Assembly: GCA_963693365.1 (NCBI GenBank)
Contig: CAVNZM010000003.1
Location: forward strand, 1,452,768 to 1,516,767
Length of the DNA stretch: 64,000 nt
Direction: 5' to 3'
Source of the DNA: Amoebidium appalachense
Taxonomy: Eukaryota; Protista; Ichthyosporea
Shown: piece after piece, positions 1 to 10,007 of the stretch
How the letters are laid out: the number at the start of each line of letters is the position of its first letter
Numbering within the stretch: the first letter of the stretch is position 1
Translations under genes and position numbers: made by a program
Notes under the pieces: generated by a model
What the model was told of the DNA's origin: nothing
Databases searched by the model: none
What the model saw: only the letters and a program-made list of their open reading frames with translations

Positions 1-128
1 CATATTTGATCAACCCTAAAACAATACGTTTCCGAACTTTAAAGCAGATAATTTAAACATGTACACAGAGGCAGACGTCCACACATGCACATGCACATGC
101 ACATGAACACGCACATGCACATGCACAA

Positions 129-190
<62 letters not shown>

Positions 191-848
191 AACCAGCACA
201 CGGCCAATGACATGCACGGGAGCCCCCCCCCCCCCCCCCCCCCACATGGCATCCCCCCCCCCCCCCCCCCCCACACACACACACCAGACCACCACAACCA
301 CCACAACCACCACAACCACCATCACCTCCACATTTCCTATGGGTATGGGCAGAAAAACGACAATGGTGATAAAATATTCGATTTGAAAGAAGTTACAAAC
401 TCCTTCTGAGGCTTCCCCACCCACACCAACAAAATCATTTCGAATCATTATCTGAGCATTGGCTCTGAACTCGGACTGACATTCACAATGCAGACATCAA
501 CAGCGCAGAGAGCAATAGCAACAACGACAACATCAAGAACCCCGGCAGTGTGGCCAGCAAATCAGATGGTGACACCAACAGTCTCCAAAACGACGTGTCA
601 AGTGATTTAGAAAACGAACCGCTCGTGATGTCAAAGACGGGTACGTATCTCGACTGGCATTATTCCATAGCCTGTTTCCATAGCCTGTTTGTGGTGATGC
701 TAAACGGGCTTTTGGGAGACAAATGTCTATGCCATTTTCTGTGCAGTGTATGTGCATTTGCATGTCCGAGTGAAATAGGGAGATTCGGAGATAGGGAGGT
801 AGGGCTAAGAGGGAGAGAGAGAGACGGGGGAGGGGGGGGGGGGGGGGG

Positions 849-919
<71 letters not shown>

Positions 920-963
920 AGAGAGCGACAGCGAGTGAGAGGGGGAGAAGAGATGATGATAGA

Positions 964-1013
<50 letters not shown>

Positions 1014-1764
1014 AGAGAGCGACAGCGAGTGAGAGGGGGAGAAGAGATGATGATAGAGAGGGAGATAGAGATAGAGATAAACAGCAAGAGAGAGAGTGAC
1101 AGAGAGAAAGCTTGTGTGTGTGTGTGTGAAATTCATGAAGCACGTATGCAGGAATTTTTGAGGGTTGGTTGTAACTAAAGTTGTATCGTTACCCATCAGG
1201 ACAAACACACAAGCGCCGAGCATCTACGGAGGTGCCAGTCCCCGCAAAACGACCAAGGGTACCCATATACAGCATCAAGAAAAAAATACCATCCTTCGGA
1301 AACCCTCGCAAGGGATAGTAATATTCTGTATGGTGTCTGTTATAACTCGAATGACCTTCACACGAATGCGTATGGTATTGCTATCCTTGGAATGAAATCC
1401 TAATTGCCATACTTCGTTATGGCAAACTGCCTCCACGGTGTAGATATGTTGACTTACGACAAAGAGTCCTGGCCTCTCCATTGTGTTAAACGACCTTATA
1501 TGAATGAGAGATTCTTCTTGTTATGAATATATTTCGGCAAATTTTATTTTTGCTTGTAGGAACGGACACCCTGGAAATTTCGTAGTATGTCTTAATTAAA
1601 TGTTGGAGTACTCGTGTGTGTGTTGTGTTGTCTGTTTTCTTTCGATGAATTCAAACGGTCCCAGTGTACTTCATATACAAAACCACACCATACTTTCAAA
1701 GTCTGGTCGATATTTTGAGCATTTACAATATGTGGTTGATTAGTATGTTCTGCTCTAGGAAATG

Positions 1765-1930
1765 GACTCTCAGAATCCATGAAGTCTGTTTTTCTTTCTA
1801 CTTATGAGTGCGTTACGATGGTGTCTGCAGGGAGAAGTAGACTCTCAGAGTCCAGGGAATGAGTTTTACCTTCTTCATATGAGTGCATTTTGATGGTGTC
1901 TTGCAGGGGGGATTAGACTCTCAGAGTCCC
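1765..1930. repeat. Three ~75-bp tandem units carrying the palindrome GACTCTCAGAGTC
   Basis: Palindrome at 1765 (one mismatch), 1840 and 1916; the spacers share tatgagtgc…gatggtgtct. Confidence 0.75.
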
Positions 1931-2472
1931 CTGAGTCATGATTTTATATTCCATAGACGTTCGTTCTGAGTCCGTTATCCATTTCTCTTCTGCTTGTCCC
2001 AATCTCCAGACACATGTTTTCCGTTCTTATTTTCAGGTGTTGGTTCGTGAAATTTGGCACACCCTGGTAACCCTATAAGCACAAATAGGCGCGCGGCAAG
2101 CATGTAAGCATGTGTTAGCTCATGTATGATCTATCGAAAACGGTAAACCACAGGCCTGTCTGCCGATTTTGCTTGTATCTAAGCCGGCTAGAATAATTCT
2201 CCGGTTCCCTGTGTACATATATGAAATCGGTCCATTTAATAAGATTGGAAGGCAGGTCGGCAGTGCCGGCAGGGTTTTGGTTTAAACCTGAGATGAGCTA
2301 TAATGACGGCGTTCGACTGGTGTTTCCTTCCCTTCCCTTCCCTTTGCATCTTGCCTCCGTGTTTGCCGATTGCCTTTTGACATCAGTAAATCATTCCCGT
2401 TTCATGGGAAGTTGCACCTACCGGTCCTAGCATTTTACTATACAGACAACTATATATATAGGCTGTTGTGGA

Positions 2473-5169
2473 TTACCCAACATTGTAAAGTTTACAATTT
2501 CTCCCATTATGTGTTCTACAGAGGTTGGGCATGTTGACGGTGTCGGCTGCACGGCGGGAGAGGGTGATGCCCTTGACCTTGACGTCGGTCTTGCCGTCCT
2601 GGGTGCGGTAGGCATACGTCTTGGGGGCCACCCCCACGAACTCGACGATGGGGGTGGTGGTCTCGTTCTTCCAGTTGCCCAGCAGGTCGCCGTTGGTGGA
2701 GTCGATGTTGTGGCGGAGGTGGGGCACCCTGCTGTCGTAGTGGTACACGATGGAGTCGGTGTCCATGTACACCACCTGCTGGGGGGACAGGGACCGGAGG
2801 GCCCCGTAGAGGTGCAGCCGGGCATGTGCCGTGACGTACGTGCCAATGGCAATGTTGGCATAGGAGGGGGGTGGGGCCGTCTCCTTCTTGGGCCGGTACT
2901 TGATGGCCACCCTCTGCTCGCCGATGGGCTCGACGTCGAGCACCAGGAGGTTGGGGTTGGTCACCAGCAGCCTCAGCCGGTCGACGTCGTCGACAAACTC
3001 GATGGTGTCCAGCCCCGCCCTCTGCACCAACTTGCCCCAGAGGCTGTTCAGAAACAGCTTGCTGATGGTACGCAGGGCCGGGTTGGGGTCAAACTCGTCG
3101 GCGGTCACCGTAATGCCGTAGTGCTCCTTGAACAGGTGCACGAGGGCAGGAATGTCGGCCGGGTCGACGGTGGTGCTGGTGAGCTTCACCTTCAGGAACG
3201 TCTGCACGTACTTCCGGAAGAGGTTCTTGGTGCGTTTCTTGAAGTGCACCACGTCGTACACGTCGAGTATGGTGTACCCGTCACGCACGGCCACCTTCAA
3301 CTCCTCCGTCGTCCACGTGCCCACCAGCGCCCTCTCCTCGTCCTTGTGTGTGCACAGTGTGTGCTCACGTACCCTGGGGTTGCCGTCCTCGTCCATGCAG
3401 GTGGCCCGGGCCTCCTCCTTGCTGCTGCAGGCCCTGCACAGCACAAAGCCCAGCTTGTCGTACCCCTGGGCACCCGTCATTCGCACCGGCAGCACCGGAA
3501 TGAAGAGGTCCTTGGGGGGCAGCACCCTCACACGTGCAACACCAAAGTACCCCTTGGTCCTGGCCTGGGGGGAGCCGGGGGCCATACGGCACGTCTTGTC
3601 GAGCCTGTCCTTGAGCACCTGGGGGTCGGTGACGATGGCCGATGGGTGGTCCTCCGGCTTGATGGGCAGGCAGGTGAACCACTGTGACTTGCCCACCGGC
3701 ATGTACTTGTCAATCATGACGTACGGGTAGAGGGAGGTGACGTCGACGTACTTGAGCCCGGCCGCCGGCTGGTCCTCCTCCTTGACCTCGATGTGACGGG
3801 TGATCACCTCGGTGCGACCACCAAAGAAGGCATCACGGAACTGCACGGGGCCCGTGGGCACGGGGGCCACCCTGCCGGTGCCCTCCCTCCGTGCTGCCTG
3901 GGTTGCAAGTGCAGCCGTGACCTCGGGGCTCTGCCTCAGCCTGTCCCACCTGCACTCCCACATGCTCTGCACCTTGTGCCCCTGGGCACGGATGTAACGC
4001 TCGTGGGCCATGGTGCTGTCGTAGGCCTCCCTGGCCGGCCTCTTCACCACCCTCATCGTCAGATCCTCGTGCCTGTTGCAGTCGGGGCACCCATGGAACA
4101 CACACCCGTGGAAGAAGTAGTAGGTGCACGTGCCGTCGTCGTGGGTGGCCTTGGCATCGGCCGTGGCCCTGCCGTGGGGGCCGTACCCGGTGGCCACGTG
4201 CCGTGCAGCGTCGTCTGGCCCCACCCCCAGGCTGTGGGTGATGTAGTCGATGTACTCCTGCTCCTTCTTGCTGCTGTTCACGTTGCCCATGGTCTGGTCA
4301 CGCATCACGGCCACGTCCTTGGGCATGGCCTGCGTGATCCAGAAGTGCATGGCGAGGGAAGCAAGGGCCCGGGTGACGCACGTGAAGGGGTCGATGCCCG
4401 TCAGCTCCACCAGCTTGGACATGAAGGCCTTGACCACCTGCTGCAGCAGCACCACGTCCTTGACGCAGTAGTCCTCGCACTGCTGCACAATGTCGTAGCA
4501 TGTGGCCGCCGGTGCCCCCTCGTGCAGACGTGCCTGCTCCTCGTGCCACCACTGCATGAAGGCAGTATGCTGCCTGGGCTTCATGTCCTGGGCCCCAAAG
4601 TCCTCGGGCCCGGGGAAGGCAATGCGGCCGGCCTTGAAGTTGGCAAACGTGGCTGCACGGTGGGGGAAGTGGCCCTTGGTCTCCTGGCAGCCCATGGCCT
4701 TGCCTGCATCCGACAGTGACATGGTGAGGAAGTTGAGGGTGTCCACGAACGCCAGCTCCACCACCGTCGTGCGGCTGCCGTCCCCCCTCTGCCCCCCGTG
4801 CCTCCTCTTGTGCCCGGTGCCTGCTGCTGCTTCGCCATGGCCATCACCATGGCCATCACCATGGCCATGGCCATCGCCGTCCACGTGCATGGGCTCGGGG
4901 CGTCGCTGGTCACGCTTGCTGCGTATGAGGCACGTGTGGTTGCCGGGCATGTAACCCCCGCACCCCTTGCAGTCGTAGTCGGTGCACAGGTGCTGTGTCC
5001 ACGTGTCGTCCTTCTTCTTGCCCCCGTCCTCACTGTTGGACATTGTGTTCATAGAAGCTAGTTCTAGTGCACGTTGTTCCTTCTGTAAGTCAGAAATGAT
5101 TGCATCTTGTGAGGCCAACCTCTGCTCCAGTAGTTGGACTAGTTGCTGCAACTGTAAGTTGTCAGACAT
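2473..5169 (-). CDS. polB: pPolB catalytic part (DNA_pol_B_2 family), 898-aa ORF with a chimeric LTR-derived N-terminus
   Basis: Motifs FVDTLNF..SL, KGHFPH, ExoIII YCVKDV, Vsr-like insert FHGCVFHGC…MWEC, FFGGRTE, motif A YVDVTSLYPYVM, motif B KLFLNSLWGK, motif C YMDTDS, PKTYAY, KVKGI. The first ~45 codons lie inside the solo LTR; the last ~15 lie in unrelated AT-richer DNA. Confidence 0.92.
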   Translation of the reverse strand: MSDNLQLQQLVQLLEQRLASQDAIISDLQKEQRALELASMNTMSNSEDGGKKKDDTWTQHLCTDYDCKGCGGYMPGNHTCLIRSKRDQRRPEPMHVDGDGHGHGDGHGDGHGEAAAGTGHKRRHGGQRGDGSRTTVVELAFVDTLNFLTMSLSDAGKAMGCQETKGHFPHRAATFANFKAGRIAFPGPEDFGAQDMKPRQHTAFMQWWHEEQARLHEGAPAATCYDIVQQCEDYCVKDVVLLQQVVKAFMSKLVELTGIDPFTCVTRALASLAMHFWITQAMPKDVAVMRDQTMGNVNSSKKEQEYIDYITHSLGVGPDDAARHVATGYGPHGRATADAKATHDDGTCTYYFFHGCVFHGCPDCNRHEDLTMRVVKRPAREAYDSTMAHERYIRAQGHKVQSMWECRWDRLRQSPEVTAALATQAARREGTGRVAPVPTGPVQFRDAFFGGRTEVITRHIEVKEEDQPAAGLKYVDVTSLYPYVMIDKYMPVGKSQWFTCLPIKPEDHPSAIVTDPQVLKDRLDKTCRMAPGSPQARTKGYFGVARVRVLPPKDLFIPVLPVRMTGAQGYDKLGFVLCRACSSKEEARATCMDEDGNPRVREHTLCTHKDEERALVGTWTTEELKVAVRDGYTILDVYDVVHFKKRTKNLFRKYVQTFLKVKLTSTTVDPADIPALVHLFKEHYGITVTADEFDPNPALRTISKLFLNSLWGKLVQRAGLDTIEFVDDVDRLRLLVTNPNLLVLDVEPIGEQRVAIKYRPKKETAPPPSYANIAIGTYVTAHARLHLYGALRSLSPQQVVYMDTDSIVYHYDSRVPHLRHNIDSTNGDLLGNWKNETTTPIVEFVGVAPKTYAYRTQDGKTDVKVKGITLSRRAADTVNMPNLCRTHNGRNCKLYNVG

Positions 5170-5798
5170 AGTGTCGTGTATGATGGGTAACTAGTCTATG
5201 TGTTTTGTGCACTGAAAACGACAGTAGAAAAGTGTAAATCAAACGTTCTGCTTCCCATGTTTGTGACATGGGAGGCACTGCTTTATATAGTCGTTGGCCA
5301 CCTCATGGTGGCCTCGTGTGCACCCTGGTGGTGGGCCATGTACAGCATGGCCGAAAAGAGAGCACAATGAAAACAAGTCGTTAAAGATATAAAAGTTAAC
5401 TGTGCACGTTGAGTGGCTAGTTAACTTGCACTAAAGCACACAAATAAACGTGTTTAACACACCAATTGCAGTTAAACGTAAATCTTACTTCACACAACTA
5501 AAAATATTCTGAGAATATCCGGGAATAAAGCACACTACCACTCTAAGAATAGAATCCTGTGGCAAATATAGACATGACATCATCTGAACCGGGAATATTA
5601 ATTAATGAGCACAATTAGCACGTTGCTAGTGAAGCTCGTCATTGGTACAGTTTTGGCTCAAACATATAACTACCATATATGAATATGACCGTAAACAAAA
5701 GCTCTATGCACTCGAGTGAGTGTTGAAACAATTATTCAATTGCTCAGAAACTTTCTCTAACAGACATTGCTAGCCGGGAGTACCAGTGTACTCCAACA
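5034..5798 (-). mobile_element. Solo LTR of an LTR retrotransposon (765 bp)
   Basis: Termini TGTTGGA…TCCAACA form a 7-bp inverted repeat. 5-bp TSD CTCAC at 5029-5033 and 5799-5803. AT-richer than its flanks. Minus-strand TATA box (ctttatatag, 5281-5290) upstream of an ATG at 5169. Confidence 0.88.
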
Positions 5799-7404
5799 CT
5801 CACCCCCTCCCCCTCCCCCTCAGACATCTGCATGAGGTTGATGCCATCATCATCATCGTCACCCTCGTCGTCTGACGACTCGGCAAGCCTGAGGTTGGGT
5901 GGGGGGTCGGTGTCGGCATCCTCGGCATCCGAGCCCTCCCCCGTGTCCGTGCCCCAACCCCAGTCCTCCCCCTCGTCGTTGGCGCCTGCATCTGCACCTG
6001 CATCGTACCCCCCTTGCTCCTGGGCGGTGTGCAGCCGACGTAGCCGGCGCACGCTGGCGTACTTGAACTTGTAGAAGAACCGGCCGGCAGGGTTGCCCGA
6101 CACACACACCCGGCGGACACCATCGCCGGTAGCCATCACCCTGTACCCCTGCAGGCCGTGGGTGCACGTGTCCAGCCGGCACCAGAACACGTTGTCGCAG
6201 AAGGAATGACGGTCTCTGCCAACCCCTGCCCCTGAGCCCTTGAGCTTGGTGCTGTGGTTGGCCATGCATTTGGTCGACGGGAAGAGGCCACAGCAGTCGT
6301 CACAACGGTAAGGCCATGCCTCCTCCCCTGCCCGTGCAAGCTGCAGACGGCGCTCGGGGGTCCACACACAGGCGTTGGCCTGGTCGTTGCGGTCCCCCTT
6401 TGACCCACAGTTGTCGCACTGGTTCACACAGCGGTGTTTCCCCATGTTCTTGCTCTGCACGGTCTGGTTGCAGTGGTAGCAGGTGCTGAGATTCCGTCGT
6501 GCCTCCCCCGTGTGGTTTCGATGGCCGTGCTGACACTGGAGGTGATGGCCGTGAAGTGGCCCAGCTTCTGGGAGTGGGCCAAGTACATGGTGCACAGCTT
6601 GGAGGGGGGCAGGGCCGTGCTCAGGTCCCCGTACCGGCGTAGCACTTTGGCCCCCGCTGTCCATGTCCACCACCACCAGCCGCAGGCGGGTGACTGACTC
6701 AGGCTGCTCGGCAATGGCTGTGTTGAGGGCATCCACGACAGCCCCCAGCTCATCCACCGTCAGGCCATCCTCTGCAGGCACAGGCAGGTCGTACTTGGTC
6801 CACAGCACTCGGGTTGCCCTCACCAATCTCCGCAGGTAACGGTCTTGGTGGTGGCTCCTTGGATCTGTGGGAGGGAGTAGCAGGTTGCACACCCCACAGC
6901 CGGAAGATCTCGACCTCCCCAGGGTCGTGTTGCCGACCCCCACTACCTCCTTTGGGGTCAGCAAGTGGCACAGCACGTGGTGGTCCTTGCGATCCATGAG
7001 GTTGCCCCCCTTGCCCAGCACCTTGCGTGTGTGCTCGGTGGGTAGGTTGGCCTGGTCGTTGCCATTGGCTGCCTTCTTCACCCACATCACCATGCAGTAC
7101 ACCAGGCACAGCTGGGCACAGTTGGGGCCGTAGGCAAAGCGGTGCAGCTGCTGGTGGTCCAGGAAGGTCTCCCCGGTCACCTGTGGGTCGTCGGTGCTGC
7201 ATGCATCCTGCACAAGGGCGGTCACATCCACCACGGCCTTGGCCTCCACCAGATCGTGCAGCCACCGTGCATTCACCCCCGTGGTGGTGGACAGGGACCC
7301 ACAGGCCCCCCTCCTCACCATGTCCTTGGGTCGGGCCACCGTCAGATGCACGGTGGATCTGCCGTCCATGAAGGTCTCGGCTGCACTCTGGGTACGTTGC
7401 CGTA
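5799..7404 (-). pseudogene. Middle fragment of pPolB: OTU-like protease region, zinc-finger clusters and acidic linker
   Basis: Contains CYHC, HRCVNQCDNC, CDDCCGLFPSTKCMANH and FCDNVFWC. An alternative frame at ~6510-6650 (KVLRRYGDL…KLGHFTAITS) looks like the true reading between two compensating G-run frameshifts. Confidence 0.75.
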
Positions 7405-7973
7405 TGTTATGTGGCTCACCGATCTGGTTTTTGATTGGTGAGGCTGGACGGCATTCCTGTCCCACAATCACGGCTACGAAATTGCTTTGGTATAAAAGCA
7501 ATTCGGTAGGTCAGTTCATCTGGGGAATGATTGCCGGTAATGGTGATCTGGCACAATAAATGGTTGCGCCTTTCAATGACGTACACCAGCCCGCCACATA
7601 GTAACAGTAAGCCAAGCTCCCAAAAGAGCGACCGCGAGCCGGACACGACAAGCTACACCCCCGCTGGGTCTTTCGTGCCCATGGAGTCGAGTCAGGAGAC
7701 TCTAGCTTGTCCTTTGCGGGAGGGGATTGTTATGTGGCTCACCGATCTGGTTTTTGATTGGTGAGGCTGGACGGCATTCCTGTCCCACAATCACGGCTAC
7801 GAAATTGCTTTGGTATAAAAGCAATTCGGTAGGTCAGTTCATCTGGGGAATGATTGCCGGTAATGGTGATCTGGCACAATAAATGGTTGCGCCTTTCAAT
7901 GACGTACACCAGCCCGCCACATAGTAACAGTAAGCCAAGCTCCCAAAAGAGCGACCGCGAGCCGGACACGACA
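7405..7973 (+). mobile_element. TRIM-like non-autonomous LTR retroelement (two 246-bp LTRs, 77-bp internal region)
   Basis: Apparently identical direct repeats at 7405-7650 and 7728-7973 with TG…CA ends. 5-bp TSD CCGTA at 7400-7404 and 7974-7978. Polypurine tract GGGAGGGGA just before the 3' LTR. TATAAAA and AATAAA within the LTR. Confidence 0.92.
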
Positions 7974-8531
7974 CCGTATGTTCTCCATCAGCTTGAGCAC
8001 CACGGCGTTGACATCACCATTGAACACCTCCATGGGGCCTGCAGTAAACACACGGCGGTTGGTCACGTCGGCGTTGGGGTTGCCATCATCCCCCACCTGG
8101 TTGTCCACACCGTTGGCCTGCACATGCAGGCTGATGATACGAACAATCAGCATGTCCCCCGCCTGCACATCTGCACGGGCCATGGCATCGAACAGCATGG
8201 CTGCAAAAAACTGGGGGAACTCAGTCACGTCAAGGGTGCGCAGGGGTTGGTACTCGAGGGTGTGGCCGCGTACACCCAATCCCCGTGCCTGCATGTCATC
8301 TACACGGGAACGCAGCCGCCAGTTGCCCTCGGCCGGCATGGCAATGATCTGGGGGTCATCGGGGTGGTTGATGGGGGCGGGGGCGGGGGGGAGGCCGGGG
8401 AGGGGTGGGGGTGGGGGTGGTGGGGCCAACATGGCCTGCAGGAAGGGGTGGGCCTGCAGGACCTGCTGCGGGTCGGCATCCAGTGCCCGCAACAGATCAT
8501 CTTCAAACTCTTCCTGGCTCTCACTGAACAT
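7974..8531 (-). pseudogene. N-terminal fragment of pPolB (terminal-protein-like region)
   Basis: ATG at 8531; GC-rich and intronless; joins the downstream fragment in frame once the TRIM is removed. Confidence 0.75.
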
Positions 8532-8874
8532 CTTGAATGGTAACCTTAGATCTCAGACTGTAATCTTATAAATCTCAAGTATCAATCTAATCAATGGTTG
8601 CTAGCCTGGCTGTGCCAGAGCAACGCCTCAATAAAGAACAGTATGCAAAATAACGTCTCTGTGCCTGTGTCTATTCAGTTAAATCTCAAAGCCCAGTGAA
8701 ATCTCAAAAGCAAAAATCTCTCCAAATCTCACGAAGCAGTACGCAAAAACAATAAGTCTGTGCGTGTGTCTGGTCGCCGCCGGCCGGCTGCCTCTGTTTA
8801 CCAAAAACAATGAGCCATTCGCGGTCCTATTGGTCAGTTTCGGGATGGAATGTACAGATTTCGGCTTACGCGCT

Positions 8875-9628
8875 CTGATTGGTCATGATTTCCGGCAAAT
8901 TTGCTTTTTCGCCTCCTAATTCCCATTGGGTGGCTATTTCCATTGGTCAGTTTCCCATTGAATTCAGGATTCGAATTCCCATTGGTCAGTTTTCGTCGGA
9001 ATTCAGAATTCTCGCATTCCTTCGATCCGCAGCACCTGTACGTGTGCGCACCACATGTACGCGTACACGTACGCGTCCACGCGGCGCGCCCTCTCTCTCT
9101 TTAATTATTTAGTTAAATTCACGTGCGCTGCACGTGTTTTACACACACAGTGTGTGCACGTGCACCTGTACATATATCCACCCATATCTCATATCCCATA
9201 TCGCGATGTGTGTACACAGATATCACACATCTCACATCCACTTATGCCATATCTTTGGGGGCTGCGGTTCTGATTGGTCAGTTTTCCGGCAAATTTGCTT
9301 TTTCGCCTCCTAATTCCCATTGGGCGGCTATTTCCATTGGTCAGTTTTCGCCTGAATTCAGAATCATTTCGCATTCCTTCGATCCGCAGCACCTGTACGT
9401 GTGCGCACCACATGTACGCGTACACGTACGCGTACACGTGTTCCGCCCTCTCTCTCTTTAATTATTTAATTACAATCACGTGCGCTGCACGTGTTTTACA
9501 CACACACACACAGTGTGTGCACGTGCTCCTGTACATATATCCACCCATATCCCATTATATCCCATATCGCGATATACACAGATATCACACATCTCATATC
9601 CACTTATGCCATATTTTGGGGGCTGCGG
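8875..9628. repeat. Tandem duplication (~395 and ~360 bp units) upstream of pPolB; possible terminal/subterminal repeat or promoter
   Basis: Both units begin ctgattggtca…tttccggcaaatttgc (8875, 9270) and end gggggctgcgg. Internally reiterated ATTGGTCAGTTT and ACGCGT motifs. Confidence 0.85.
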
Positions 9629-9839
9629 GACCGCGTGAATGTGACGTCACACCTGTGATGTCACCATTCACGGGGTGCCGCGCCCCCAATTGTAGTAGTA
9701 CCCGGCCTGTTGACCGGCCAGCACAGCGCCGTGCTCGCCATTATCGGCCGTGCACAGGCGGACGTGCTGCCGGTGCTGCTCCGGCGCCACCCCGACGCCA
9801 GCGGGGCCGTGGACGCGCTGGGCCGGACCCCGCTTCACC

Positions 9840-10007
9840 CATTGGCGTTGACTTAACATCTCGGTGCGGCAGCAGCCCGGTTGACCGAAGCACGAAAAAA
9901 AAAATCTTGCCACCATCCCAAACATCAGGACAACTTAAGGTACTCAGGAGTGGGAGGACCGGGAAACCGGTCAAGGGTGTTCATAAACCCTTAACTCAAC
10001 ACTACTG
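9840..10007. mobile_element. Small non-autonomous TIR element (hAT-like MITE), copy 1
   Basis: Imperfect 17-bp TIR CATTGGCGTTGACTTAA…TTAACTCAACACTACTG; flanking direct repeat CGCTTCACC (9831-9839, 10008-10016). Confidence 0.8.

Larger units (their letters stand above)
2520..8531 (-). pseudogene. polB: Polinton/Maverick-adintovirus-type protein-primed family B DNA polymerase (pPolB), about 1550 aa when reconstructed; interrupted by two LTR-type insertions, frameshifted and 3'-truncated
   Basis: Removing 7405-7973 plus one TSD joins ORF 7896..8531 (…LMENIR) in frame with ORF 5744..7501 (QRTQSAAETF…). Removing 5034-5798 leads into ORF 2473..5169, with a 1-nt offset next to G-runs. Domain order: terminal-protein-like N-terminus (…IRQRTQS…), OTU-like region (LCLVYC…GHFTAI), Cys/His zinc-finger clusters, then polymerase motifs. 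Confidence 0.9.

Noticed and set aside
1601-1611. TGTTGGAGTAC, identical to the minus-strand start of the solo LTR
   Set aside because: Similarity stops after 11 bp; no TSD or LTR body follows.
2509-4954. Long plus-strand ORFs (2509..3687, 3793..4719 and others)
   Set aside because: Antisense shadows of the GC-rich pPolB gene, with no motifs of their own.
7416-7969. Twin 76-aa ORFs with a hydrophobic N-terminus
   Set aside because: They lie wholly within the two LTR copies, so their identity only reflects the duplication.
9691-9700. AGTAGTA as a Polinton terminus
   Set aside because: No partner inverted end or TSD was found, and it lies in the open frame leading into the ankyrin repeats.
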